A stretch of 59,372 bases of DNA from a virus (lineage: Duplodnaviria; Caudoviricetes). Shown here piece after piece: positions 8,979-19,378 of this stretch. The notes under the pieces were generated by a model. The model was not told the origin of the DNA, searched no databases, and was given only the letters and a program-made list of their open reading frames with translations. How positions within the stretch are numbered: the first letter of the stretch is position 1; each line of letters starts with the position of its first letter. Position numbers and translations under genes: made by a program. The stretch covers positions 1 through 59,372 of the IMG/VR virus record IMGVR_UViG_3300007510_000006; one strand, given 5' to 3'.

Positions 8979-11900
8979 TAGATGACTCCTGATTCTGAAG
9001 ATGAAATCAGCTTGTACTTCAGTGTAATATCTGCTCTCTGGGTTCCTTTGCTTTCCACTGGATCAATGTCTATCGCTACTATCTTAATCTTAGTGCGGTA
9101 GCCTGTCATGTAGACAAAGGGCCAAACATCTGTCAGAGGCATGCTAAAGTCTTTTGCGTCGAGCCACACCTCCAGCCCAACAAATCTTTGTAGCTGGCCT
9201 ATGAATTTTCTGAACCTCTCAAGAGGTAGGCTCTTCCAGATCATTCGCCTGAGGGTATGATCCTGATAGAGCAACTGCATCTTGTCTGGACCATCAAGAA
9301 CTTTTGCGGAGTTACTTCTAACTCCAAACTCAAACTCATATTCCACTGGGTTAGCTTGGAATTTGAGCAGCTTGTTGCCATTTATTTTAGCGTCCCATAA
9401 CTCAAATTGAGCGGCGATAGCATCTGAATATGTTTTACCGCCCCACTGTTCTGCAATTATATCTGTTCGGTATCTGTAGTATGTGGATTCCGCATCCTCT
9501 ATGTTCATTAACTGACCGAATTTATGGTCGTTAAACTTGGTGCTTCCTTCGGGTATTAGGAGATTAATTCCCCCTTCATCGTAAAGTGCTTCCCAAGTAA
9601 GATCTCCTACTGTAACAATAGGATCCACGTAATCTTCTAGTGTCAGTGCATCTGAAAGTCCGGGATAATCAAGAGTTACTGAGTTGGAATCCTCACTAAG
9701 AAATCCCTCTCTGGATGCATATACTTTGTAAGCATCTCCCGTACTCCAAAAATAATCGTAAAAATCGATTGCGGATAATCCATCAGCACTCTCTATTGTA
9801 GCGAATACTACTCCATTGCGCTGTATGTTAAAGGTCTGATTCGTGGGAGTAGCGGGAGCGATTGTTATCTTAGCTAAATAACCATTGAGTAATTCTACGG
9901 AAATGGACGGAGCTTCGGGCGCACCGGAAATTACCTTATAGGCATAAAGTTCTGTACCTGTTTGGTCATAAAGAGATACTGGAAGAATCTTATAATGAAA
10001 TACGGGTGTACCATATCTGGCCTCTAGGTCGTCAAATGTGCTCAAGGATGTGGAGTCGGAATACAAGTTATAGTTGGGGATGTCTGAGAAATCTGAGGGA
10101 TCCGGAGTTTCATTCTGCTGTAACCGGAATACTTTTACATCTTTAATCCCCATTGGGTTGCGTATATTCCCAATTAATAACTTTATGTAAGACTGGTTAA
10201 TATCATTGATAGCTGTAGTTGTGTCTAGCGTAAGATATGGATTAAACTCTGTAAACCAAGCAGAGGAGCTTGCGCCGTCTAATTCAACAGATTCTCTTGG
10301 CCACAGAGGAACAACTTGTTGTTCAGAATCACCTTCTGCTGAAGGAGAATGGAAGGTGAGAAAGTCAACATTAAATGTTTTTCCAATCATATCATTCAAC
10401 GAATCCACATCAATAAATTCGCGTGGAGATGATAGATACGAAAGCACTCCTGTTCCAAGATCAAACCATGTTCGATTTAATGGCAGTACATTTTTTGCCG
10501 AATCAGAATTTACCAAGTACCACCCTTGTCCAGTCGGAGCATAGGCAGCAGATAGAGGGTTTGGTAGGACGGTGGAATCTTCGTTGCCGGAATGAGTGAG
10601 GGTTCCATAGAGATTCACATTAGTAGAGGAGGGGAAGCTATACGAATCCATTGTGAATGTGCATTTAGTCTGTCTTTGAATCGGATTGGTAAATCCTATT
10701 CCATTGGGACTCCAGTCTCCCCAAATATTTTTCGCGAAAATTCCATAATAGTAATTTACTAAAGAGTAGGCTTGGTCATGTGTCTGGTTTCCGAGTCCAG
10801 AGTATATTATTTCTCCGTCATTGTGGTCGGTAGGGAATGCCGTTGCATTTCTAACAACTCTAATTTCCTCTATGTGATCATAGCCTGCAGGGTTGTTCCA
10901 CTTCAAGAGAACTAACGCAGTACCTGCTCCATCTACCATGAACCCAGTCGGTGGGGGGCATCCCGCCGCAGTTAAGTCTGTATTTGCTGCGGCAACTAAA
11001 TCCGGTCTTCCATATCCGAATCTTGGGTCCCAAACCGCCGTCTGTCCTTCCATGCCAGGATATTTCCTGCAAGAACTAACTAATACTTGTTTTGCTTCGA
11101 AATAATTTAGCTCTGGTCTTCTCTCGCGAAAGACAGTTATCGCTCCTGCAGCGTTAGGAATAGAGGAACTCTGCCCAGAAAATTCTCTAAATGTCCCTTG
11201 TCCGTCATCACCAACATATTCACTTGCGGCAGCATGGGGCACAGGCGTCACAAAAGTAAGTCCTTCTCCCCACGTATATGTCCCTGAAGTATTATCCCAA
11301 ACGCTTACAGCACCAACCCTGATTAAGTCACCATCTTGTGTGTGGTATCTTTGCTCATTACTCCAAAATCCTGCAATTGGCCACACATCATGCTCTAGTA
11401 AGTATTCTGAAGTTATAGAGTTGGCGATAGAGCCAACAGGAATTAATCCGCTGTCTCCATTAATGTCATAATAATTAGCTGTTCCTCCGAAGACGGAAGC
11501 GTTTCCGCGTAACGATAGCGATATCGTGTCGATAATTCCATATTCTGCTGCTGTTAGCATGTTGGCGTATGTTACACGAGGCTCGACCATGACTCCTGGT
11601 GCTTGGCCGACCATACCTTGATCGTTCCACCGCCCTGCGCCTATATGAATAGTAGAGGGGAAGTGGTATTCTTCCGTTAGCGACCAGTCAGTAACTTCGT
11701 CGTATGCTTCCATCTCTGCAACAGAAACAGTTTGACCTAAAATACGATCCATATTTCTAGAGAATACAGGATGAGTTCCAGCGTTGTAAGCTTCTACCTC
11801 ATCGTCTAAGCCATTACTTAGTCCATCCCCACCTAAGTCGGTATGATACAGACCAAAGGCAAGGGTTTCGCCAGTTCCCCAGACCATCCTATGAGTGGGT

Positions 11901-12919
11901 AAAGCTGGGTAAAGAGGGCTCCCTAGAATGTTAGGTCGGTAAAACCCAGTATTAACTGTAGAGTCCGTTTGGAAGTTTTCAGTATTCCAACCAAATAAGT
12001 CGGAACGTCCCGTGGCTGCAGGAATATACTTCTCCCCAGAAACATAATCTGCATTCACACACTGACCGTCAGAGCTATCAGCGGACCAGTGAAGTTGATG
12101 GCAAGCTCCTGCGATGACCACCATATTGTTAGATCCAGTGTAGACAGCGCTGTGGCCATCAGCCTCTGTTAGGGAGGAGAGATCTACATATCCCGTTTCG
12201 CTTTCTCCATCCCAGCCCATCACATCAAACGCAATATCATAGTATGCTCCTGCAATAGCAGCGGAGACATTTTTTGCTTTATATCTATGCAAAGAAAAAT
12301 AGTAGACTGCCGCGTCTTCCCGAACAGGGAAGAGTACATACCTATTCTCGTAATTAGTAGTATCTAGTAAATCGCCATCAATAACTAATTGATCAAAATA
12401 GGTTTCAGCAACCCTCATTGTTACCCTAGAGTTTGCTCCGGCTCCTGCGCCGATAGACAGTATAGTGTTATATCCTGACCATCCTGGACACCAAACGGCG
12501 TAGTCCATGCACACCATCGCGGAGCTATCCCAAAATCCTTGTATATAATCTTCCGGCCAAATACCTAGTTCGTTCCAGTACTGGGTAGCAGGACTATTGC
12601 CAGTTCTTAAACATTGACGACAAACTGCATTGTCTGTGTCTGCTGAACAAGAGGCATTGAATTGTTCTTCTGGTATTACAGAAGAAACTACTGCAAAGTT
12701 TAATAATTCATCTTTCGCTTTTGTTTCTAATCCTGCTTTGATATCAATATATCTCATAGCCCACGAGTGATTATCTCCGTCCGAAGTTCGTCCCAACAGA
12801 TAGTGGATCTCTTTATCCACGGAAAGACGAGTAGCGGAGATAATAAAATCCCGATCCTTCTCAATATCAATCTTCCGACCAAGAAGTATGTACAATCTCT
12901 TAGTCACTGAAGTCATCAT
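8978..12919 (-). CDS. Tail protein with divergent subtilisin-like (S8) domain, FN3 domain(s) and C-terminal Dit-like domain
   Basis: GMVGQAPG, ISLSLRG, IRVGAV, FSGQSSSIPNAAGA, PELNYFEAKQVL, FGYGRPD in subtilase order; FN3-like LKWNNP...YYYGIFAKNIWGDWS. Confidence 0.6.
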   Translation of the reverse strand: MMTSVTKRLYILLGRKIDIEKDRDFIISATRLSVDKEIHYLLGRTSDGDNHSWAMRYIDIKAGLETKAKDELLNFAVVSSVIPEEQFNASCSADTDNAVCRQCLRTGNSPATQYWNELGIWPEDYIQGFWDSSAMVCMDYAVWCPGWSGYNTILSIGAGAGANSRVTMRVAETYFDQLVIDGDLLDTTNYENRYVLFPVREDAAVYYFSLHRYKAKNVSAAIAGAYYDIAFDVMGWDGESETGYVDLSSLTEADGHSAVYTGSNNMVVIAGACHQLHWSADSSDGQCVNADYVSGEKYIPAATGRSDLFGWNTENFQTDSTVNTGFYRPNILGSPLYPALPTHRMVWGTGETLAFGLYHTDLGGDGLSNGLDDEVEAYNAGTHPVFSRNMDRILGQTVSVAEMEAYDEVTDWSLTEEYHFPSTIHIGAGRWNDQGMVGQAPGVMVEPRVTYANMLTAAEYGIIDTISLSLRGNASVFGGTANYYDINGDSGLIPVGSIANSITSEYLLEHDVWPIAGFWSNEQRYHTQDGDLIRVGAVSVWDNTSGTYTWGEGLTFVTPVPHAAASEYVGDDGQGTFREFSGQSSSIPNAAGAITVFRERRPELNYFEAKQVLVSSCRKYPGMEGQTAVWDPRFGYGRPDLVAAANTDLTAAGCPPPTGFMVDGAGTALVLLKWNNPAGYDHIEEIRVVRNATAFPTDHNDGEIIYSGLGNQTHDQAYSLVNYYYGIFAKNIWGDWSPNGIGFTNPIQRQTKCTFTMDSYSFPSSTNVNLYGTLTHSGNEDSTVLPNPLSAAYAPTGQGWYLVNSDSAKNVLPLNRTWFDLGTGVLSYLSSPREFIDVDSLNDMIGKTFNVDFLTFHSPSAEGDSEQQVVPLWPRESVELDGASSSAWFTEFNPYLTLDTTTAINDINQSYIKLLIGNIRNPMGIKDVKVFRLQQNETPDPSDFSDIPNYNLYSDSTSLSTFDDLEARYGTPVFHYKILPVSLYDQTGTELYAYKVISGAPEAPSISVELLNGYLAKITIAPATPTNQTFNIQRNGVVFATIESADGLSAIDFYDYFWSTGDAYKVYASREGFLSEDSNSVTLDYPGLSDALTLEDYVDPIVTVGDLTWEALYDEGGINLLIPEGSTKFNDHKFGQLMNIEDAESTYYRYRTDIIAEQWGGKTYSDAIAAQFELWDAKINGNKLLKFQANPVEYEFEFGVRSNSAKVLDGPDKMQLLYQDHTLRRMIWKSLPLERFRKFIGQLQRFVGLEVWLDAKDFSMPLTDVWPFVYMTGYRTKIKIVAIDIDPVESKGTQRADITLKYKLISSSESGVI

Positions 12920-15692
12920 TTACCGCCTTATTCGGATAGGAACGAGTATAGTAGCTTCCATATTTCGAGTCACTCGAAGCTGGTCCAACTGGGTAAACAG
13001 CATTATCTACGTCTGACGACGACCCATAAGCAAAGACACAATCATCGACAACGACTGGTGCCTTTCCAACTGAATTTGGATTTTGAATGAAGGGTTTTAG
13101 TAATCCGCTAGAGAATTTACAATCAATGACCTTATGATACCTTGGGGTAAACGCTGTACTATCGGTAGCTGATCCTGTTCCAACGCATATCCACGCTCCA
13201 AACTTATCATTATCGTCAGTCATTGTTGAGTAATTGTCAAAATCTTCAGGTCCATCGAATAGTGAATAGTCCTTCGTAGTAAATGCGCAATTTTCAAACG
13301 AGAATTCATCGCCTGTGGAATCGAAATAGAAATATCCCATTACTGTGGTGGAATCAACCCACAAAGGAAGGTTATTTTGTGTGCTATCCTCATTGGCGCT
13401 TGTCATGACAACGCCCATATGATACGGAATAAACGAGAAATTTGTATTTTTCGCAGAAAATCTAACCGCATCTTGATAATAATCACCAAAGATCTGAGAA
13501 GTTCCCTTTGTTGAAATTAGCATAGGAGACTTGTAGGTACTGTAACTACCCCCAAGAAGACTTAAATTGATATAGAACGAGTTGTTTGTAACACCTAAGG
13601 GGCGAACGGGTACTCTATGGAATCCCATTCCATAGGATTCTCCTACACAACTATTTAAATAAACAGATCCTATATTAGACGGCGCCGAACTTAACCCCGA
13701 AGCATTAAAGGATCCTAAGGACATAATACCGGAATAAGGAGAATCGATAGTATTTACAAACTTGCAGTCATTGAAATAAACAGAGTGTCCAGGATTATCA
13801 ATTCCTACACAGAATTCGGAAATAAAATCATCTGCTCCGCATATTCTGGCTTCATCTCCTTTTTGAGGGTGGTTCATTCCATCAACGATCACTCGGCAAT
13901 TATTAAATTCGGTGACATGTTCATTCTCAAGTTTATCTGTTTCCTGTAATGTTCCAATTATATTCAGCAGTGCGGGGCGACCAAGAGACTGATTAAGAGC
14001 TTCTTGGTTCACAAGTGTTGTTTGGGGATACGACCAGAAATTACCCGCTAAAGATGTGCTATCTGATTTGGTATCGTCTAAGATAAAGCGGCTCTTAGTT
14101 TTAAATACACAGTCATTAAATCTTTTCGTAACCGGAAAAGAGGGAAATCCTTGGTATGCAACTACAAAACCAGCAGTCGAAATATTGTAAGGCCAAGTCG
14201 TTGAATCTGTTCCGCTGTAAGGCTTTTCAAAGGATTGCTCGTAATATAGTTGGTTAACCTCTAGATTTAGATAATCTGAATAGAATGTTTCACCCCAGAA
14301 AATGGTATCATACTCCGCCTCAAATCGCGTTCTTCCGTATAAGGAGTCTTTAATTGAGCAATTATTGAATCGTGCTACAAAATTGGCATCAACAATGCCG
14401 TCCCTTAAAGTTGGAGGAAAATGGTCTAGTACAGTGGAGGGGTTTGCTCGCCAACCAGAATTGAATACAGAGAAGTTTCTAGCTGCTTCCCCCGTCAGCA
14501 AGAAGTGAACATTAGTGGCAGAAAAGATTTCCGGATTCCAGATAGCTCCAACATTGGGAATATAGGGATCATCAGTTGAGATCTCATCTCCATATGCTCT
14601 GGGGTTCCCTGTTCCCAAGCCAGTAATCAGATCAGTAGACCCATCAACCATAAAAGTAATTGGGGATCTGGGAAATTCAGAATCACCAAAAGCATAACCT
14701 GTGTTAATTGAGCCGTTAAATTCTTGACTGCCTGACTGCACATGAATATTCAAGTTATTTATTGATGTTTGTTGAGAGGCAAGGAATATTCCCGGAGAGG
14801 GGCAAGCATCTGAAATTTCTGTATCGTAAGAAGCATTGACAACAGTATAGCCATAATCCGTGGAGTCGTGCTTAAACCACACCGAGCTTTTATCTAGCCC
14901 GACAACATCAACAAAGGGGGGAACATATACTTTCCCCCAATAGGCTCTATCTGGAAGTCCTGTGTCTGGATCAATCAGATCCTTTCTCTCCCAATCCCAC
15001 TCAGTTACGTCATATTCTCCTGGCATCACAAATATTGTGTACCGCGAAGTTGCGTCGAGATTTGGGTAAATGTCATCAATCATAGAAGACCAGTTAGTAT
15101 ATTGCGCACCAGATCCGGGAACTCCAAACACTACGGTATTTCCTGCCATCCCAGACTCGGAAGGGGAAATACTTTCGAAATAAACTTCAAACGTAGAAGA
15201 ATCTGTTAATACACCGGTGTCGAATGAGGGGATGGTTCCTTCTTCGTAATTCGGAGTAGTGCGAGTTATATGTACTGTATAACTACCGTTCCCCATTTGC
15301 GTGGCTGTCAATCCTGACCAAACACCGAAGAAACCGGACCCCTCCATTCGAACCCCAAACGTACCATAAATCGTGTCGCCCTTTGCCACACCAGATACAG
15401 AAAATAAATCAGCTATGGTTTCGGATATCTCCAAATACCTATCATCGGCTGTATTCGTAGTATCTAGAAAGTCGGACGAAATATGCAGGAGAGGGAAGCC
15501 TCCTCTTCCACCAGCACGATAAATGCTATTGGATTGATGATTGGGATTGCTTCCTAAGATCCCTGCAATATCAACAAACTTTTGTCCAACATAATCATCC
15601 ATAAACGTCTTATTGTTAACGGTATCATTGTCAACAATATCGCCTAACATTGCGGATTTCGTAAGTAGACTTTTCCAATCATCGTAAGCCAT
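12900..15692 (-). CDS. Tailspike-like protein, probable right-handed beta-helix (pectin lyase-like)
   Basis: YTIFVMPGEYD...VYVPPFVDVVG entry motif; repeated FNNC/FNDC/FENC rungs; tail module position. Confidence 0.55.
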   Translation of the reverse strand: MAYDDWKSLLTKSAMLGDIVDNDTVNNKTFMDDYVGQKFVDIAGILGSNPNHQSNSIYRAGGRGGFPLLHISSDFLDTTNTADDRYLEISETIADLFSVSGVAKGDTIYGTFGVRMEGSGFFGVWSGLTATQMGNGSYTVHITRTTPNYEEGTIPSFDTGVLTDSSTFEVYFESISPSESGMAGNTVVFGVPGSGAQYTNWSSMIDDIYPNLDATSRYTIFVMPGEYDVTEWDWERKDLIDPDTGLPDRAYWGKVYVPPFVDVVGLDKSSVWFKHDSTDYGYTVVNASYDTEISDACPSPGIFLASQQTSINNLNIHVQSGSQEFNGSINTGYAFGDSEFPRSPITFMVDGSTDLITGLGTGNPRAYGDEISTDDPYIPNVGAIWNPEIFSATNVHFLLTGEAARNFSVFNSGWRANPSTVLDHFPPTLRDGIVDANFVARFNNCSIKDSLYGRTRFEAEYDTIFWGETFYSDYLNLEVNQLYYEQSFEKPYSGTDSTTWPYNISTAGFVVAYQGFPSFPVTKRFNDCVFKTKSRFILDDTKSDSTSLAGNFWSYPQTTLVNQEALNQSLGRPALLNIIGTLQETDKLENEHVTEFNNCRVIVDGMNHPQKGDEARICGADDFISEFCVGIDNPGHSVYFNDCKFVNTIDSPYSGIMSLGSFNASGLSSAPSNIGSVYLNSCVGESYGMGFHRVPVRPLGVTNNSFYINLSLLGGSYSTYKSPMLISTKGTSQIFGDYYQDAVRFSAKNTNFSFIPYHMGVVMTSANEDSTQNNLPLWVDSTTVMGYFYFDSTGDEFSFENCAFTTKDYSLFDGPEDFDNYSTMTDDNDKFGAWICVGTGSATDSTAFTPRYHKVIDCKFSSGLLKPFIQNPNSVGKAPVVVDDCVFAYGSSSDVDNAVYPVGPASSDSKYGSYYTRSYPNKAVNDDFSD

Positions 15693-15714
15693 TATAGAAT
15701 CTCCTTAATAGGGA

Positions 15715-16323
15715 TTAAAAACTGGTTCCGTCCCAATCTTCTAAGTAGCCGCAGTACCTAGCAGATACATAGTTCAGGGGACCGTCGTGAGGAAGTACTC
15801 TAAGATCTACACTTTCTCCGGGGAATAGAGGCCGACCGAGAGGAGATAGAATACTGATGTCAGTAGTAGAGATTGCGCCTGGGTTAGCTGGGTCTAAGCC
15901 TACCGTGTGGATCCAATTAGTGGGAACCCAAATGGATGCCGTTGTGTCGAGAGGGCCGTCAGTTGTAAAGAATCGGAAATCAGCCATGCCTCCCATTGTG
16001 AATGTAGTATCGCCCCAATCCATGGTTGTGCCGTCACCATAAGCCCAATAAGAAAGGGTGGCTTCGGTAAAGAAAGCTCGCTTTCCCTCCGGGCATTGGA
16101 AAATTGCGGGGCCATTAAATTGCTGAAAATCCTCAGGAGTCCATGAATCCCAGATAGGCACATATGGGATCTCGTACCGAGAGCCATACACATAAAATGC
16201 ACCGTTCTGGGTGCTTGTGCTATCAGCAGTGCCGAGTGCTGTTCCGTCCCATCCAGTCGGTGCCGTGCTATCCATGGCAAGTAGGACAGGCGGTTTCTTA
16301 TCAATGTTGTAATAAGTAGCCAT
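15715..16323 (-). CDS. Minor virion protein, D-x-T rich
   Basis: 202-aa ORF with GGAGG SD in the tail module; function not recognised. Confidence 0.5.
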   Translation of the reverse strand: MATYYNIDKKPPVLLAMDSTAPTGWDGTALGTADSTSTQNGAFYVYGSRYEIPYVPIWDSWTPEDFQQFNGPAIFQCPEGKRAFFTEATLSYWAYGDGTTMDWGDTTFTMGGMADFRFFTTDGPLDTTASIWVPTNWIHTVGLDPANPGAISTTDISILSPLGRPLFPGESVDLRVLPHDGPLNYVSARYCGYLEDWDGTSF

Positions 16324-16345
16324 TGTTCCTCCGTTTTATATATTA

Positions 16346-19300
16346 TTAAGCTGGGTGATTAATCACACGTATCATTGCAGTACCTGTTTCAACTGCATTA
16401 TTTGCTGTAGTCGTAACCAAGAAAAGCGCTCCTTCAGAAGAACATCCAGTTACTAGCGTGTCTAAATCTGTTCGTTTCCATGCAAATTCTTCCCCATTAA
16501 CTAACTGGGATTCGGTTGAGTGGTCATCCGCCATTGAAACTAGGTAGGGTGGTGTAGCAGTCGATCCTGCATTATACGTCCATCCTGTATTTTTATGATG
16601 AATTAGTTTGAAATCAGGTCCGGTATCGTTACCGCCAGCTAGTCCCGTAACTTCTAATCCGGTAATTGTGAAGCAAGTATTGTTGTTATCCCAATATTTT
16701 GAAAAGCCGTAGTTGCAGTTCTTAGCAGTTCCGGAAATTGTTTCCAATGTAACTTGGCCTATGAATTTTTCTGAAGTTTCAACATAAGTATCTGCTGCTG
16801 TTGCATTTGGAAGGGAAATAGTAGCGTCGTAACTTGGGGTGCGAGTCCCTGCATCGTCTATTCTTGTTCCTGTTACCTTTATCACAACATCATCAACTGT
16901 AACCTCTCCTATAACTACAAAGACATGGGCAGCATAAGAAGCGTTGGTAGAACCTAAGGTAATGGATGGACTAAAATCATCATTTGACGCTCCATGCTTA
17001 TAGAAGCCTCCGAAATAATATTCCCCGGAACCGCCAGCTAGGCTGGAAATGGCCCAAGAACGTTCCATTGCTCTTTTTTCATTTGGCTCAGGTGAATGAG
17101 GATGAACTAGAACCGAACCGGTGGTTGCATGGGATATCCCTATAGTTCCAAGTTCTTGTGTGGAAGATGCTGCACTAGTGGGTGGCTCATTTTCATACCA
17201 ACCATTTGTCGAATCGGAAAGGTATACTTCGTCTCCACTAGAGAATTGTGCTGTGTCAATGTCGGACACGACACCGAAATCTGTCACGTACCCATACGAC
17301 CCATTAGGGATATCCATTGTGAAAAATCCAATGCAATGGGCGGTTGTAGAATCTCCAGCATTAGCGTAACCCGCTGTTGGCACACCGGAGCCATTTACAC
17401 CAGTTACTCTGGCTGCTCGGCCATTGACGAGGGTTCCTCCTGTCTCGTTCTTTACTCGAATCCAGCCTTCTTGACCAATCTGCAGGGTGACCTCAGTACT
17501 ATCGGAATATAGTGCTAGGGTTTTATTCTCATTGTCCCAGAATAGCCTGCCAGGGGCGTGGGTCGGGGTTCCATATGCATTATCAAAGTCAACATAATCG
17601 TACTCTGGAGTAGAAGACAGTCCTGCGTTTTGAAGTGCGAGTAGTCCTTCACCGACCTGCCCCGTAGTGTCACTTATATAAGCCAGTTGATCCTTATGCG
17701 TTATAGAGGACACCAAGTTTCCGCTACTAATGTAAACCGCATGATCATTTATCCAAGCTCCTCCCTTACCTGCTTTATTTGTATCAAGTGAGGATATACC
17801 AGTTGCATTAGATGAGATGGCACTCTTTAATTCATCAATCGTACTATCGTAAGAAGTGCCAAGTTCCGCTGCAGTAATGTCTAGTCTCTCTGATATTTCG
17901 GTTACAGTTGCGTCTAGAGTAGTATAGGTCGATTCAAGACTAGTTACAGTAGCGTCTACTTTCGTTAAAAGGGCTTTAACCTCTTGGGCGGTGGCATCTA
18001 ATCTTATAAGTTCATCTTTAAGTTCTGCTGCGGTACTGTCTAATCTACCGATAGCTCCATCATGAGTAGTCGAATCGATGAGACCAACTGGGATAACAGG
18101 TAGCTGATCCTCATAAACAAGAAAGACTCTTAAGTCTTGTGGGTTGCCCTCTTCAATTTGGTCAATGTTCATACTCAAGTACGAGTCAGCATGGACATAG
18201 CGACCGATTGACGTGTAACCATAGGTACTGTCGTAGGCCGATGAATCGAAATTCACTGTCAACGAATCGAAATGCGTTGAGTCAATCTGAAGTGTTATGT
18301 CGGTCTGGCCATCAGATCCAGCAACACCTCTTGTTGCAAAGGCGTAGTGGGCGTAAATTTGATCATCGAAGTATCTTTGACCATCTACATTATCTGCAAC
18401 TTGATAGTACCCAAACGCCTGGAACTCAGCTACCTTTAAATATTGCTTTGACTTCCTATTAAACCAGATTTGCAATCTTAGGTCTTCCGGTACACCAGTC
18501 GGAACTTCTGTTATACTTGCTGTGAACAAGGTTCCCTGAGGGAAATAGGCATTGCTAACGCTGGTCCCATTATAACCCTCTGATGTTAAACTTAAATCAA
18601 GATAAGCTGTTCCATCTGCGTAAAGAGTGATGGAATACTGACCGCCAGCACCTAAATTATCAGAAGAGAGCAGCATTGTTTCTAAGTAGGCGTCTTCGTA
18701 TAATCTAAAGTAGCCATCCCAAGTATCCGTAGTGACTACCGTTCCGTACGAAACAAAGTCAATCATAACTTGGTCTGCGGCATAAGGTTCTGCTATCTCA
18801 GCAATAATAATTAAATCTTGGGCATTAGTCTCATTTGAAAGAATATCGACGGAAAGTTTGTTATGAGACACAAAGATATTATTCGATAGGTCTTCATAAA
18901 CAGTCGCATCGGTATCCGAGCTTGAAAACGTTATGTAGTTGGGCAAAATACTGGTACCATCTACCTTGACATCTACTTGAGTAAGTCCGCTGGTTCCGGG
19001 TGTTCCTCGGTAGGCTATTATCTTTTTAACATAACCATCGAAAGGAGGATAGACTTCTCCGTCTAAATTACTCGTGGGAGTAAAATATCCTATACCTTTA
19101 AAAAGAACTCGGACTACGTTTTCACCTCCGCTTTGAGGATAATAAGGCAAGAAGACCTGAGACAACACAGATGAATTAATATTAGCGATATCCGTCCGAT
19201 CTGTCTGAACGTCTGTACGCATCTCGGTCAAGATATGTTCTAAGTTATTCCACTTAGTTGCGGTAAACTTATCCACACGAGAATTAGTGTGCTTTCCTGC

Positions 19301-19363
19301 ACCTGAACCTAGAGAACCACCAAAGCCATAGGGGTTTTCTGTATTATCACTATAATAAGGCAT
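16346..19363 (-). CDS. Tail fibre-like protein: three tandem ~100-aa domains, coiled coil, trimeric-fibre-like and distal domains
   Basis: Three similar blocks ending AQDLII/PEDLRL/PQDLRV; heptad segment RLDSTAAELKDELIRLDAT...; VKNETGGTL...IGFFTMDIPNG...GDEVYLS segment typical of phage fibres; follows tape measure. Confidence 0.6.
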   Translation of the reverse strand: MPYYSDNTENPYGFGGSLGSGAGKHTNSRVDKFTATKWNNLEHILTEMRTDVQTDRTDIANINSSVLSQVFLPYYPQSGGENVVRVLFKGIGYFTPTSNLDGEVYPPFDGYVKKIIAYRGTPGTSGLTQVDVKVDGTSILPNYITFSSSDTDATVYEDLSNNIFVSHNKLSVDILSNETNAQDLIIIAEIAEPYAADQVMIDFVSYGTVVTTDTWDGYFRLYEDAYLETMLLSSDNLGAGGQYSITLYADGTAYLDLSLTSEGYNGTSVSNAYFPQGTLFTASITEVPTGVPEDLRLQIWFNRKSKQYLKVAEFQAFGYYQVADNVDGQRYFDDQIYAHYAFATRGVAGSDGQTDITLQIDSTHFDSLTVNFDSSAYDSTYGYTSIGRYVHADSYLSMNIDQIEEGNPQDLRVFLVYEDQLPVIPVGLIDSTTHDGAIGRLDSTAAELKDELIRLDATAQEVKALLTKVDATVTSLESTYTTLDATVTEISERLDITAAELGTSYDSTIDELKSAISSNATGISSLDTNKAGKGGAWINDHAVYISSGNLVSSITHKDQLAYISDTTGQVGEGLLALQNAGLSSTPEYDYVDFDNAYGTPTHAPGRLFWDNENKTLALYSDSTEVTLQIGQEGWIRVKNETGGTLVNGRAARVTGVNGSGVPTAGYANAGDSTTAHCIGFFTMDIPNGSYGYVTDFGVVSDIDTAQFSSGDEVYLSDSTNGWYENEPPTSAASSTQELGTIGISHATTGSVLVHPHSPEPNEKRAMERSWAISSLAGGSGEYYFGGFYKHGASNDDFSPSITLGSTNASYAAHVFVVIGEVTVDDVVIKVTGTRIDDAGTRTPSYDATISLPNATAADTYVETSEKFIGQVTLETISGTAKNCNYGFSKYWDNNNTCFTITGLEVTGLAGGNDTGPDFKLIHHKNTGWTYNAGSTATPPYLVSMADDHSTESQLVNGEEFAWKRTDLDTLVTGCSSEGALFLVTTTANNAVETGTAMIRVINHPA

Positions 19364-19378
19364 CTCCTGCTCCTATTT

